This document shows, one piece after another, positions 1 to 13,000 of a stretch of DNA of 64,000 bases. This DNA is from Haliotis cracherodii (Eukaryota). The stretch is from the NCBI RefSeq assembly GCF_022045235.1, contig NW_027266271.1, forward strand, positions 30,752,001 through 30,816,000, written 5' to 3'. A program made the position numbers and the translations under genes. Under the pieces are notes generated by a model. The model did no database searches. It was given only the letters and a program-made list of their open reading frames with translations, and was not told the DNA's origin. The stretch's first letter is position 1, and the number at the start of each line of letters is the position of its first letter.

Positions 1-2799
1 CCATCTGACTCAGTAGCTCCTCCTCTTTTACCGCTGGACCAATGAAACCTGTACCTGATGCAAGAGGTTTAAATCAGATTTTCAATATGGCTGCAATGGC
101 AGCCATATTGCAAAATAACATCAATGGACAAGTTGTACATTTGTTTCTTGTATGTGTTAGTCTGGGAACATCTGAAGAAGCTGAAATATCATAGCATATT
201 ATTTGAAACTTTTGTGATTTTTATGAGTTTTTCTTTTTTACAAACTTTTAATTAATCAAATCAAATTAATCAAATATAATCATCTTCACATAACCTACAG
301 GAGTCGAGTCATCAAGGGGATACTTTGAATCAATGAAAATGGCTATAAATAGATTCTCAGCATGATGATGAGGCTGGGAGTGGCATCAATCTGTGGTTAG
401 TACCCGGTATATGCTACGTCTTTCGGTGGACGCTTAGGAGCTTGGGACAATTCAGGAAAACCTTCTCATACTTTATTCGGATGTTTTTAACCCTGATAAG
501 TTTTTTTGTTCATGATAGGCATCAGTATTGAAAATTTAACTTTTGTGAATTGGTTTGTTTTAATCTTCCCAGAATTGTGTGAAGGATGCCTTGTTGTGTT
601 ACACCAATCAGACATTGTAACACCTTGCATTTATTGTATCATGTTATGAAATTTAGTTACTTAATTATCTTGGTCCATTTGTCCTGACTATTCATACCAA
701 AAATATTGAAATATTATGCCAGCTTTGATCATTGGATGTATTCAGAGTGACGGCCCTTGTCAGTCAGTTGAGTACCACCAGCTATCACTGTCCTGGCAAG
801 GGGCGGAACTGGTACTCAACCATGTGTTACAAAAACAAATATGCTAATGTTTATTGAAGAATTAATGTTTATTCAGGGGACAACTTGGGAAAGGGGTGAT
901 CTGAAATATTGGTTCATAAATGTTAGAGAAAATGTTGATATTGACCATTATTGACAGCCCAGAATATGATTGAAATAGATGACAGTTGTTCCTCAATCAT
1001 GACAGAATTGAAAGGTTTCTAAACAGTAAGTCGAATCAATCCATCGTGACGGTTTGTGCATTTTCCCTTGATCCTCCATTTTGTTGAAGAATGCAAACTT
1101 AAGTCGCTGTGCATATTGGCATCTTAATGTTTATATGAACGCAGTGCATACCAGTGCTTCACACTAAGTCTAAAGACATCTAGTAGGTATCTCATGATAA
1201 AGTCATGTTAAAGGGAAAGACACTATATCATATTTGGAAACAGTGGACTTTGGAATCTCGCAGTTTCTCTCTGTATATGGTTACTGGTTTAATCCTGTGA
1301 CTGTCTCTGTAGATATTTGAACATGCCTACAATATATGACTAGGTGAGCTACAGTGCCATGACACAATGTTTTGTAGGGATGGTCTAATATGAGATCTCC
1401 ATGGGAATGTTTTCTTTCTATTGTTAATGATGTCGCAGGAATGCTAATCAAACTTTCTTTTTTCAGCGAAATGAAATTATTAACAAATGACAGCTGCTCT
1501 CTCTCCCTGGTGGCTGCTGCCGAGAAAGACAAAAATGTCAGCCGACTGAATTCACTTTATGTTTAGTAAAGTTAGTAAATTGTTCGAATGTGAAACAAAA
1601 TTGATTAAAAGTTCTTCCGAATCCTTCAATTTAATAAGTGTTCCCTGACAGTGAGATGAGCCTGTCTTGTGTCAGGTGTCTGTTTCCACCAATGAGAGAG
1701 CAGGAGTGATTCTATTGGTAAAGTGTTTGATCCTATACGGCCAATGGCTGCACCCGCTGTAATTACTAGTGCTAGATCCGGACTACCAATTCCATGACAA
1801 CCTGGTTTCAAGGTGACACTGATACAGGGACATTTCAAACTCAGTCTATGATTCTTTAATTTACTTGTAGCTCAACTAAACGAGTGGTTGTGAGAGTTTA
1901 CTCAGTGATGTGTTTGTTCATCATCCGTATCATAAATATCGGAAGTTTAAAGTCTTCAACAACTTTCCATTCAAATTAACTCCCAAGATATTGAAATTCA
2001 CCCTGATGACATTTCTCTAATTTGAGTTTCCTTCCACATTCTAACCCCTGGGAATCGACATACCCCAGTGTTATAATGCAATAAGCATTTAAGTTGATGT
2101 AGCCAGACCACATGAAGCTATAGAACTCCGTCACTCCTTTTTTTTGGAATGTGTTTTGAAACAGAAATTTTTGAATTAAATAGTTTGTAGAATGTTGTCA
2201 AGGAATATGTCTGGTTGCTATGGCGGGTGCCAGCTAGGTGCATCCATGAAGTTTCTGTACTAATGGCGTCATCCTGTGTCGTATCCCAGGCGTGAAACTT
2301 AAGGGCGGGAAACATGCACGAGGTTGGTATCTATACCATCTTACCATTTCCCATCATTCTTTGCGGTAGCGGGTTGGGCGTAAAAATGGGTGCTTTGCAA
2401 GTAATGATCACACAGGAGAGTGGGTTGTTTCTGGCACGGACATTTAATAAATATTGAAATGTGTTGTACATTTTCAAACAAATTTTAAAACTCTTTTAAC
2501 AGTGAAACCACTCAAAATTGAATCTGTTATCAAGAAACTAGTACTGTATCTTGCAATATGGAACTAGTTTCTGGTGAGCAGTTTTGATATTGCAACACAC
2601 CCAACCAGCTTTGCTTCTTGGCTCCTGGTCATGTGATGACTGCTCTGCTGATGCTGCTAGTTCACCGCTTGTCTCATCCTGTGTGTCCAACATGCCATAC
2701 ACCATCACCATCATCATAACACCCATGGCGCCATTGTAGACTCATACACTCCATAGGAGAATGGACATCTAGCTCATGTGGGAGAATTATGGTTATATG

Positions 2800-3500
2800 T
2801 AGAAGGTGTGGATGTGAGTTGGAATAATGGATATATATAGCAGGTGTAGATTTGAGCTCGGGGGGATTAAGGATAGATATTGCAGGTGTAGATTTGAGCT
2901 GGTGGAGGGGGGGGTTTAAGGATAGATTTTGCAGGCGTAGATTTCAGTGGGGGATTAAGGATATATATTGCAGGTGTAGATGTGATAGTGGGAATAAAGG
3001 ATATATATTGCAGGTATAGATGTGATAGTGGGTATAAAAGATGCATATAGCAGGCATACATGTGAGCGGGTGGTAAAGGATATATATTGCATGTGTAGAT
3101 GTGATAGTGGGAATAAAGGATATATATAGCAGGCATACATGTGAGCGGGTGCTAAAGGATATATATTGCAGGTGTAGATGTGATAGTGGGAATAAAGGAT
3201 ATATATAGCAGGCATAAATGTGAGCGGGTGCTAAAGGATATATATTGCAGGTGTAGATGTGATAGTGGGAATAAAGGATATATATAGCAGGCATACATGT
3301 GAGCGGGTGGTAAAGGATATATATTGCATGTGTAGATGTGATAGTGGGTATAAAGGATATATACTGCAGGTGTAGACGTGAGTGGGGGGAGAAGGGATAT
3401 ATATTGCGGGTGTAAATGTCAGTGGGAAATAATGGACATATATAGCAGGCATACATGTGAGCGGGTGATAAAGGATATATATTGCAGGTGTAGATGAGAC
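2800..3500. repeat. minisatellite of ~39-40 nt A/B subunits forming a ~79-nt higher-order unit
   Basis: aaggatatatattgcaggtgtagatgtgatagtggg alternates with aaggatatatatagcaggcatacatgtgagcgggt. Confidence 0.9.
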
Positions 3501-4254
3501 TATGAATCATGGATATTCTTAAAGGTTGTCTATGTCGAAGTCTTGATAAAAAGAAAAAATCCATTAAGATGGAAAGGTCAAAATTATGCAGCGCTTCTTT
3601 TTTTGCTTCTTTTTTTCATATTTCCTCTTTTGATGTTAGCCTTTTTAGAAACAAATCTATTTTGTTGTTTAACGATTTGTAAAATTTTGTTGTATTTTTC
3701 TTTTCAACATTGATTTACCTGTCAACATTGGATATTCTTCTGTTGGTTCATTAACATGTTGGTTTCTAGTCCTACATCATGTTAATATTGTTGGTTTGTA
3801 ACGAGAGGTGTTTCTACTTTAGTAACAAGCTGAGACATAACCCAGTCATCAACATATGCTTTACTGACAATTAAAGCCCTGAAGTAGAGATCCTTTAACA
3901 TTTGCTCCTGCCAGCAGTGAATAAATAACAATATACACACATGCTGCTGGCCAATTGTCAATCCTGTTACTTATACCAAAATAGCCTTCTTCATTATCCT
4001 GATACGCAAAGAGGTTTATGGTTTTTGCGAGCACTAATTACGCTGATTCGGCAAATGTTTTTTTATTTCCTTACGTCTGTTAATGACTAGTTTTTGGAGT
4101 TAGTATTTCATCAACAACTTGCTTCTGAACATAGGAATCTAACCACTGCGGGATCATCCTGAATTCATATAGCTCTTAACATGTTTCACCTGCACTGCTA
4201 CGACAAGGTCACGCCCACTTTGTCGCTCAAACTGTCAAATATATGATCAATATG

Positions 4255-4630
4255 TGTAACACATATCATCTATGACATCCAGGTCAGTGGTCAATCTCTG
4301 TAACACATATCATCTATGACGCCCAGGTCAGTGGTCAATCTCTGTAACACATATCATCTATGACACCCAGGTCAGTGGTCAATCTCTGTAACACATATCA
4401 TCTATGACACCCAGGTCAGTGGTCAATCTCTTTAACACATATCATCTATGACGCCCAGGTCAGTGGTCAATCTCTGTAACACATATCATCTATGATTCCC
4501 AGGTCAGTGGTCAATCTCTGTAACACATATCATCTATGACACCCAGGTCAGTGGTCAATCTCTGTAACACATATCATCTATGACGCCCAGGTCAGTGGTC
4601 AATCTCTGTAACACATATCATCTATGACAC
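4255..4630. repeat. 44-nt tandem repeat, ~8.5 copies
   Basis: tgtaacacatatcatctatgacacccaggtcagtggtcaatctc. Confidence 0.95.
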
Positions 4631-4949
4631 CAAAGAATCTAAATAATAATGTTCTTTTGTCTGTGGATCAAGTCGATGTTTACGGGTGTGATCCGATCAT
4701 CACATCCAACTTCCATGTGAAGCTTGTGTTGTATACTCCCTAGGGAGCTGAGAAAGAAAATTGAGCGCACACTGATCACACTTTAACCAAGGTAATAATT
4801 GTCTTCAGGCATTGAGACGCTCTAGAAGATGGAGTATAGCATATTACAACTACCCATTTACTATAGTCTGTACTATCACATGGGACGTGTCAGTCACAGT
4901 GGCCAAGTGGAGATTACCGCAGGTGATGGCTCCTCTTGTTAGTTGTGAG

Positions 4950-5190
4950 GAAACCCTTGAAGATCCGGGGTAGGATAGGTCTTCAGCAACCCATGCTTGC
5001 TGAAAAAGGCGACTAATGGGATTTGGTGGTCAGGCTCGCTGACTTGGCTGATGCATGTTATCGTATCCCAGTTGCTTGGATTGATGCTCATGATATCAAT
5101 CATTTGATTGTCTGGTCCATACTTGATCATTTACAGACTGCGGTCATATAGCTTGAATATTGCTGAGTGCTGCGTTAAACAAAACGAATA
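4950..5190 (+). mobile_element. SINE-like family A copy
   Basis: gaagatccggggtag..ggtcttcagcaacccatgcttg..ggcgact..gctcgctgacttgg..gaatattgctgagtgc..ttaaac; recurs more than 10 times in the window. Confidence 0.85.
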
Positions 5191-5559
5191 TAAAAAATTA
5201 GTATTGAGGACATAGAATAACATGATGTAATGACATATATCAGTGTTGACATATTGTATATCATCAGATGCATGTGGGTGTGACCAGATGACCGAAATTC
5301 AGTGATGAGCAACCATTACCCATTTATGATTTACATGTAGCAATTCCATACTAGGCATATACTGCACTGCTAAATGTATCGTATTAATCACATTACCTTG
5401 CCATGGTCTATCCTGCTTAATACTCTGGAGGATCATGCCATACTTAAATGTAGCATTATTAGGCCATATCATGCTAGTTTTACCATGATATATCATATTC
5501 ATATAACTGCTGGATGATACCATGTTTAGTTACCGTGATATATCCTGCTTATACACCCT

Positions 5560-5905
5560 TGTGGATCATATCACGCTAATGTCACCATGAGATATCATGC
5601 TTCTGTCACTGTCGGATCATATCACGCTAATGTCACCATGAGATATCATGCTACTGTCACTGTCTGATCATATCACGCTAATGTCACCATGAGATATCAT
5701 GCTAATGTCACCATGAGATATCATGCTAATGTCACCATGAGATATCATGCTAATGTCACCATGAGATATCATGCTAATGTCACCATGAGATATCATGCTT
5801 CTGTCACTGTCGGATCATATCATCTAGTGTTACTATTAGATATCACGCTAATGTCACCATGAGATATCATGCTTCTGTCACTGACAGATCATATCATGCT
5901 TGTGT
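5560..5905. repeat. ~24-nt tandem repeat with degenerate flanks
   Basis: gatatcatgctaatgtcaccatga. Confidence 0.9.
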
Positions 5906-6863
5906 CACAGTGTTGTGGTGTCAAATGTGTGCATTATTAGAACAAATCTTTAAAAAAAAACATTTAAAAAACTGAAACTTTTATCTCTAATTTCAAATGA
6001 TTTCCTGCAAAATATATACTACTCAACATTTGATAGAGACACTTGTGAAAGCCATGCTCCTGATTACAATATGGACGTTCTTGTTCTCTGAGGCTTCCAT
6101 ACATCAGTATCTCGGTCGTACGTTGAGTACATGTGTGTTGTGTGTAGCTGCTGATGTTGTTGCTGTTGTTGTTGCTGTTGTTCCGAGTGTTGTCACGCGG
6201 ACTACCTGCTTATGTAACACTGCATTGCGTTTGTCCTGATGTGTCTGCATGCTCTTAGCACACAGTAACTCCTTACAAACAATGTAATCGGAGAGATTGT
6301 ATGTGACTTATGACATGACGTCATGCAGCTTGATCATCTGCATGACATTATCCAGTTTTGGGCACAGAAAATTTTCAAAGGCTTTCTATAATTTTGATGA
6401 ATATTTTTGTTTCAATATTCTTTATTCTAAAGTTTAATGTTTGATTGTAAACTTTGAGCCTATGCAATACTGAATTAATAGGTATCTATTCATGTTTATG
6501 GTAAGTCTACTTTTATGCTCATAGAATTTAAATGGTCTAATCATTTTTGTATTTTTCATTTTTTAAACACTTGAATAATCGTACACTTGAATAATCATTG
6601 GCAAGAAGCAACGTATCTTGTTTATAAATGACAAACAGCTATGAGAGAGACAGTTAAATGGCGCGAGGCAGGTGCTCATGTGTTAATGGTTTTGTACCAC
6701 CGTTGTCAATGTAAAGCAAGTATTCCTTTTTAATTATGACACTACTTTAAAATTATTACACTTCTTGAAAAATAATACACTCCAATTCTCTTTTTCTTGC
6801 GGTAGCACCGTCAAGGATTGTGTGTTGATGAATGGTATTGAGGATGTTGTGACCGTGTTTCAG

Positions 6864-7001
6864 GTGACGCCATCGACAGCTTTAAGTGTCTTCCAAACCA
6901 GTATTTATGTCCTGGCACTCTCCACTGTATTCCCCTGACGAGAGTCTGTGACTCTGTAGTGGACTGTGAAGACAATGGCGCCGACGAGGGAGCCCATTGT
7001 G
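6864..7001 (+). CDS. LRP1: exon w1: LDL-A repeat (CR2-like)
   Basis: tttcag|GT...G|gtaggt; [38 protein letters not shown]. Confidence 0.92.
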
Positions 7002-10000
7002 GTAGGTGCTGACCGGGGATCATGGTGATCTCGGAACTTAAGGGTAATCCATGTGGTCTGGGGTCTGGTGATCATCCTGGACATTTGGGGCTGATGGGCG
7101 ATTCTGGGGTTCTAGGGATTAATGGTTTATCCTGGAAATCTCGGGGTTATGGGTGTTCCCAGGGATCTGGGGGTTATGGATGATCCTGGAGATCTGGGGG
7201 TTATGGATGATCCTGGAGATCTGGGAGTTTATGGTTTAATCTGGAGATCTGGGAGCTAATGGTTTATCCTGGAGATCTGGAGGTTATGGGTGATCCTGGG
7301 GTTTATGGGTGATCCTGGAGATCTAGGGGTTATGGGTGATCCTGGGGATCTGGGGGTTATGGGTGATCCTGGGGATCTCTGGGTTATGGGTGATCCTGGG
7401 AATCTGGGGTTTATGGGGGATCCTGGAAATCTGGGGTTTATGGGGGATCTGGGGGAAATGGGTGATCCTGGAGATCTGTGGCTTATAGGTGAACCTGGGA
7501 ATTCTCGGGGCTGACAGGTGTTCCCAGGGATGCTGGGAACACGGAGTGAAGTCCTGATGTCAAACTATGTATGTAATACAGCTGTAATCAGAAATAAACA
7601 TGTCACTCACTTGGAAAGATGGCTGGGGATGGGATGGCCAGGATAGTGACCATCAACGATGTCAGTGTGCCTGCCCACTTGGATGGAATCAATCTCTAGG
7701 TGGTTTGTCTGCTCCTAACCTGTTATATGTTTACTATTTCTGGCCACAGACTAGAACCCATTTCACTCACTGATTGTTGTTTAAGATAACGTGAGGAAGA
7801 GACAATGATAAAATAGATGAATGAATATTGAATGGAGAGATGTCACTGACCATAACTTCACATTCAGGTGTGCAATAATATCAGTTGTGGCTGGATCACA
7901 TGGGGTTTTATGCGTACTGTGCTAGGTTTCACAACCTAACCCTATGTACCCTGAGTGACCCTGCTATAGTGATTTAGTCTTACAGACATAGAATTCAAAA
8001 GAATTCAAACAAATTAAAAATTGACGAAAATAGCTATGATTGAGCTGAGGTTAGCTTGTCCTATGTCACGTGACTTCCATTGACCCATATGTTTGCTTTG
8101 AAGCAGGGATGTATTCTGTCTCTCAGAAATCTGCATGCAGCCTGATTTGCTTGTGGTGGCGTATAAAGGATTTATTCCCTGCTGAGAAATTTATTCCCCG
8201 CTAAGGCTGGTTAAACAGTATTTTATCAAATTCACGTGGACCTATCAGATTTCATCATTCTGACATGGAGGTATGATAACAAGCTCCTCAGCTCAAGTTG
8301 AACAGGACAGTTTCCTGAGTTTGAAGAGAATGAAGTGCCCAGCAGGACATGTTGTTCATGTAGTGTGTTGATTGTTTGCCAGCCAACTACGGGTGTCGGG
8401 CACAGCAGTGTGAGTACATGTGCAAGGAAACCCTGAAGGGGCCGCAGTGCTACTGCCAGGAGGGCCAGCAGATCAGCGACAAGAACCCCATCAAATGTGT
8501 TGGTGAGTGTCTCTCTCAAGTTGCTGTCAACAGGCTTATGTGATATAACTGAGATATTGCTGACATCAGGCCCGTGTGATATAACTGAGATATTGCTGAC
8601 TATTAAGAGCTGCCTGAGGGCGATGGGAAAGCCCAGTGGTTAAAGCATTTGCTCATCACGCCGAAGACCAGGGTTTGATTTTCTACATGGGTACAACGTG
8701 TGAAGCCCATGTCTGGTGTCCCTCCGCCGTGATATTGCTGGAATATTGCTCAAAGTGGCGTAAAACCATACTCACTCACTCACAAGTACTGACTGATGCT
8801 TGGAATTTACATTTGGTTGGAATATTTTTGTGTTACAGATTTTAACGAGTGTGAAATTGATGGTTTCTGCGACCAAAACTGTGACAACACCAATGGCAGC
8901 TACAACTGTTCCTGTACGACGGGGTACAAGGCCGGGAAGATGGGACGATGTAGAGCCATTGGCTGTAAGATTTCACCACCTGTACTGATCATGTGACTAG
9001 CGAGGCCGAATTTGAGCAAATATAGAGAAACATCCATCAATAACACACTACCACGTAATAAAGATATATGTTATATAGGAGATAAACATAATGTTTCAAA
9101 TTTAGGGCCAAGTTACTTGTAGATTTTACAGCGCTAAGTTGAATTTTGAACTGAATGTGTAATATGAAGTGTCAAATATCTAATTTAGCGTGGTTAAATC
9201 CTTGTGAGTGATTACTTGCATATCTGACACGTTTTATTGTTGTGTGCAGCTGCACCGGCCAAGCTCCTCGTTGCCAACTACGGCAACCTCCTCCTCATTG
9301 ACCTGTCCACCAACGCCGTGTCTTCATCCTTCAACATCACCGGCGACAGGATCACCACGCTAGATTTTGACTACCAGAACAACTCAGCCTGCTGGGTAAG
9401 GTGCTGGAAGAAGTTTTGTCACCGCAGTAAATTCTCTGCCTGACAACTCCATGTCATGATGGCCAGAAAGGGTACAAGCTGTACGGAAGCGTAGAGTAGG
9501 CGTTCAATTTAAAGTGCCAACATTTTCCTCTACCTGTCTGGTGTCATGGCTAGAGTGTCTGCTTGGAGAGAGGAAGGACTGTAATGTTACTTGTTGTTGC
9601 CCTGCCTGGCACTCAGCGTTAAGGGGATAAAACAGAGATGCTGATAAACCACACTGCTGTTCATAATCTCTTTTTGTCAAGTACATGTAAGCCAGCTAGA
9701 GATGTTTGACATCCGTTTCCTAAGGTTCATGGAAAGTATATTTAAAACATGAAATTGTTGATAAATTGTTGTAGATTTGTCTTTCGGTTTATATGTAAGA
9801 TAAAACACTTTCCATCTTGGGTATTTTATGTGAGATATAAAAGCCTGTGATTAAATCTCCTTAAAATCCTTGGACATATTTTTTCCTGCCCATGAACAAT
9901 CATATAAGTCATAAAAAGTGACTTAAGGTACCCCAAAAATGTTTAAAGTTATCCTGAATTTGTTCTTATACACTCAAAGTCTCAACACATTGAAAGTATC

Positions 10001-13000
10001 TCGTTATCTGAGTTGACTGTATGTGCAGTGTGTAGTATAAACTTGTTATCCAAAAGAATTTTGACCGTTTTTTTCATTTCATCGTTTCAGTTGTCATACA
10101 ATCATACCAAGGCAGACAATGAGCTTCAGTGTGCGGACCTACACGACAGCTCGAAACAGTGGACGATAGACACCCACTTCAAACTTACATGTGAGTCTCA
10201 TCACTAGGCAGGATTTACACATGGTCATGTTCCAGAGAGTGGGCATGTATGCCTCATAATGTTGTTAGTGTTTTTCCCCAACTGGGATCATAGATGGACT
10301 ATCAACCCCTGGGGATTATTGTTATCTGTCAAGATCCGGGGTAGAATAGGTCTTCAGCAACCCATGCTTGCCCTGAAGATCCGGGCCTAGAATAGGTCTT
10401 CAGCAACCCATGCTTGCCGTGAAGATCCAGGGTAGAATAGGTCTTCAGCAACCCATGCTTGCCGTGAAGATCCGGGGTAGAATAGGTCTTCAGCAACCCA
10501 TGCTTGCCATCAAGATCCGGGGTAGAATAGGTCTTCAGCAACCCATGCTTGCTATAAAAGGCGACTATGCTCATTGAAAGAGGCGACTGAAGGGATCGGG
10601 TGGTCCGACTTGCTGAATTGGTTGATGCATGTCATCATATCCCAATTGCATGGATTGATGCTCATGATGTCAATCACTGGATTGTTTGATCAAGACTCAA
10701 TTATTTACAGACTGCCGTCATTTAGCCAGATTATTGTTGAGTGCGGCGTTAAACAACAAACAAACAAACAAACAAACAAAAGGGATGACTAGATTGTATC
10801 TGGTCGTCAGACTCTGTGATTTAGAACATTCTTGTCATCTTACTCCGATGGTGTTAAGTTGCTCATGATATCAACCACTTGTTTATCTGATCTAGGCTTG
10901 ATAATATCAGGCTGCAGTGATATAGGTGGAATATTGCGGCCTGCATATATAGGGAATTTGTTGGTCACAATGGCTGCAGTGTTTCACCCAAGGCTCTGTT
11001 CACCTTTCTCGTGGCCTCACGATTCACAGCTCTGGTCTGTGGACTCCATGCTCAAATATTACTGACAGTTATATGCTTATCAATGAAGCCTGTTACATGT
11101 GTAGGTTTACAAGTTGTTTTTATTGTGGACTTTCTTTTCAGCTGTGAATCAAATTGCCAAAGACTGGATGTCTGGAAACTGGTATTTTGCTGACGACAAA
11201 CGAGATCAGATCTTTCTGTGCACAGCTACTGGCGAACATTGTCTGACAGTGCTCAACTATGGAATAAGCCAGCCTAAGAGCATTGCCATCGATGCATCCA
11301 GAGGGTAAGCCATGTACATGTTACGTTCACTATCATCACAAGTATTGCTAACGATGTATCCAGAGGGTATGTTATGTACAAGCTACGTTCACTATCATCA
11401 TGAGTATTGCCATCAGTGCATCCAGAGGCTGTATGTGATATTTATTTATTGACTTCAATGTTATTGATGGACGTCCTAGATGCTCTGAGTAAATGATGTA
11501 GATGACGACACTGATTAACTTTGTGTTTCAGGTATATATTCTACGCAGATTGGTCATCACAGTCCAAGATCGGGAGAGCAAATCTCGACGGTTCTGAAGC
11601 TCATGGCATTGTGACGCGGAAGATCGTCCACCCCAGCGGCATCACCCTGGACTACGCCAACAGACACGTGTACTGGGGAGACACCTTCCTCAACCTCGTT
11701 GAGCGAGCAGACTACGACGGCAACAACAGGAGAACCGTGTCCCCAGGGACAAATGTAAGTGTTGAGTTGATGGTAGCCTGTACAAAGTTTGGGCGTCCAG
11801 ATCAAGCCCTGTATCCATAGTGTCACTGCTGGAGGATTGTGGGAATTGATGCTCACACTCGATCACTCTGTGACTGTTTTCTTTTTCTTTTGGCCCCGTA
11901 ACATATTGACCAAGGTACTGACTTCTCTCACTCGCTGTATCTAACTGGAGATTTTACCCATGTTCCTGGGCCCTCTTCTACAAAGTGATTCTTTTTTATT
12001 CCTCCGGCATACAACATAATTGTGTCTACTTTGTCATCCATCAACTTCTAAGTAATGCCTTTCAAAGAAATTCAAGTCATTTTTAGTAGAACTTTGAGGA
12101 CTGTTTATTACCTTACTTCCAGATTAAGCCGCGGTATGGGCTAACACTTTTTGAAAATGCCCTATATGTGTCTAACCTGCAAAAGCGCAACCACAGCGTC
12201 GTACAGCTGCACCGCTACGACCGCACTATCCCGCCGCAAGTGATCAAGAAGGACGTGATCAAGCCTGGCGCCCTGCAGGTGGTACACTCAGTGAGACAGC
12301 CAGGCCACAGTAAGTTTGTGTGCAGGGCATAGTTGCAGATTGGGGAGATTATCCATGTGTTATTCAGAGATTGTTCCACAACGTGTGCTATTCAGGTTTT
12401 GTAGCTTGATTGTCAGTGGAGTTTTTCTGTTGAACTGGTTGAATTTGGATTCTTGACAATTGACATATTTTGTCAGTTTTCAGCTTTTTTGTTGTTAAAC
12501 TTCCATGAAGAAGAGAAGAGATTGCTATTTGGAGTTTTTTAATATGCATTTTCTTGTCTTGGATAAGGTATCAGTTTGTGAAAGTATTTTCTAGTGGATG
12601 ATATAACTGAATAATGTGTGCACATATCCAACAACAAACTCGAATCTCTGCCTTTTTTCCACAGAAAATGTTCAGATTCATAAGAATAAGTGCAGCCAGA
12701 TCTGCATCCCGATGCCGCTCGTGAGTGGCGGAGTTCAAGCTACATGTGCCTGCCGGGCGGGCTTCCGACTGCACAACGGAACCCAGTGTGAAAGTGAGTA
12801 CACATTTAACGGAACCCAGTGTGAAAGTGAGTACACATTTAACAGAACCCAGTGTGAAAGTGAGTACACATTTAACGGAACCCAGTGTGAAAGTGAGTAC
12901 ACATTTAACGGAACCCAGTGTGAAAGTGAGTACACATTTAACGGAACCCAGTGTGAAAGTGAGTACACATTTAACGGAACCCAGTGTGAAAGTGAGTACA

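Noticed and set aside
4939-5130. Recurrent small ORFs like [18 protein letters not shown] (also 10329, 14934, 32622)
   Set aside because: Antisense translations of SINE family A, not a gene family.
7290-7514. Collagen-like Gly-X-Y ORF (GDPGDLGVM)n
   Set aside because: By-product of a 9/27-nt G-rich repeat; frames break upstream, there are no supporting splice sites, and w1-w2 join in phase without it.
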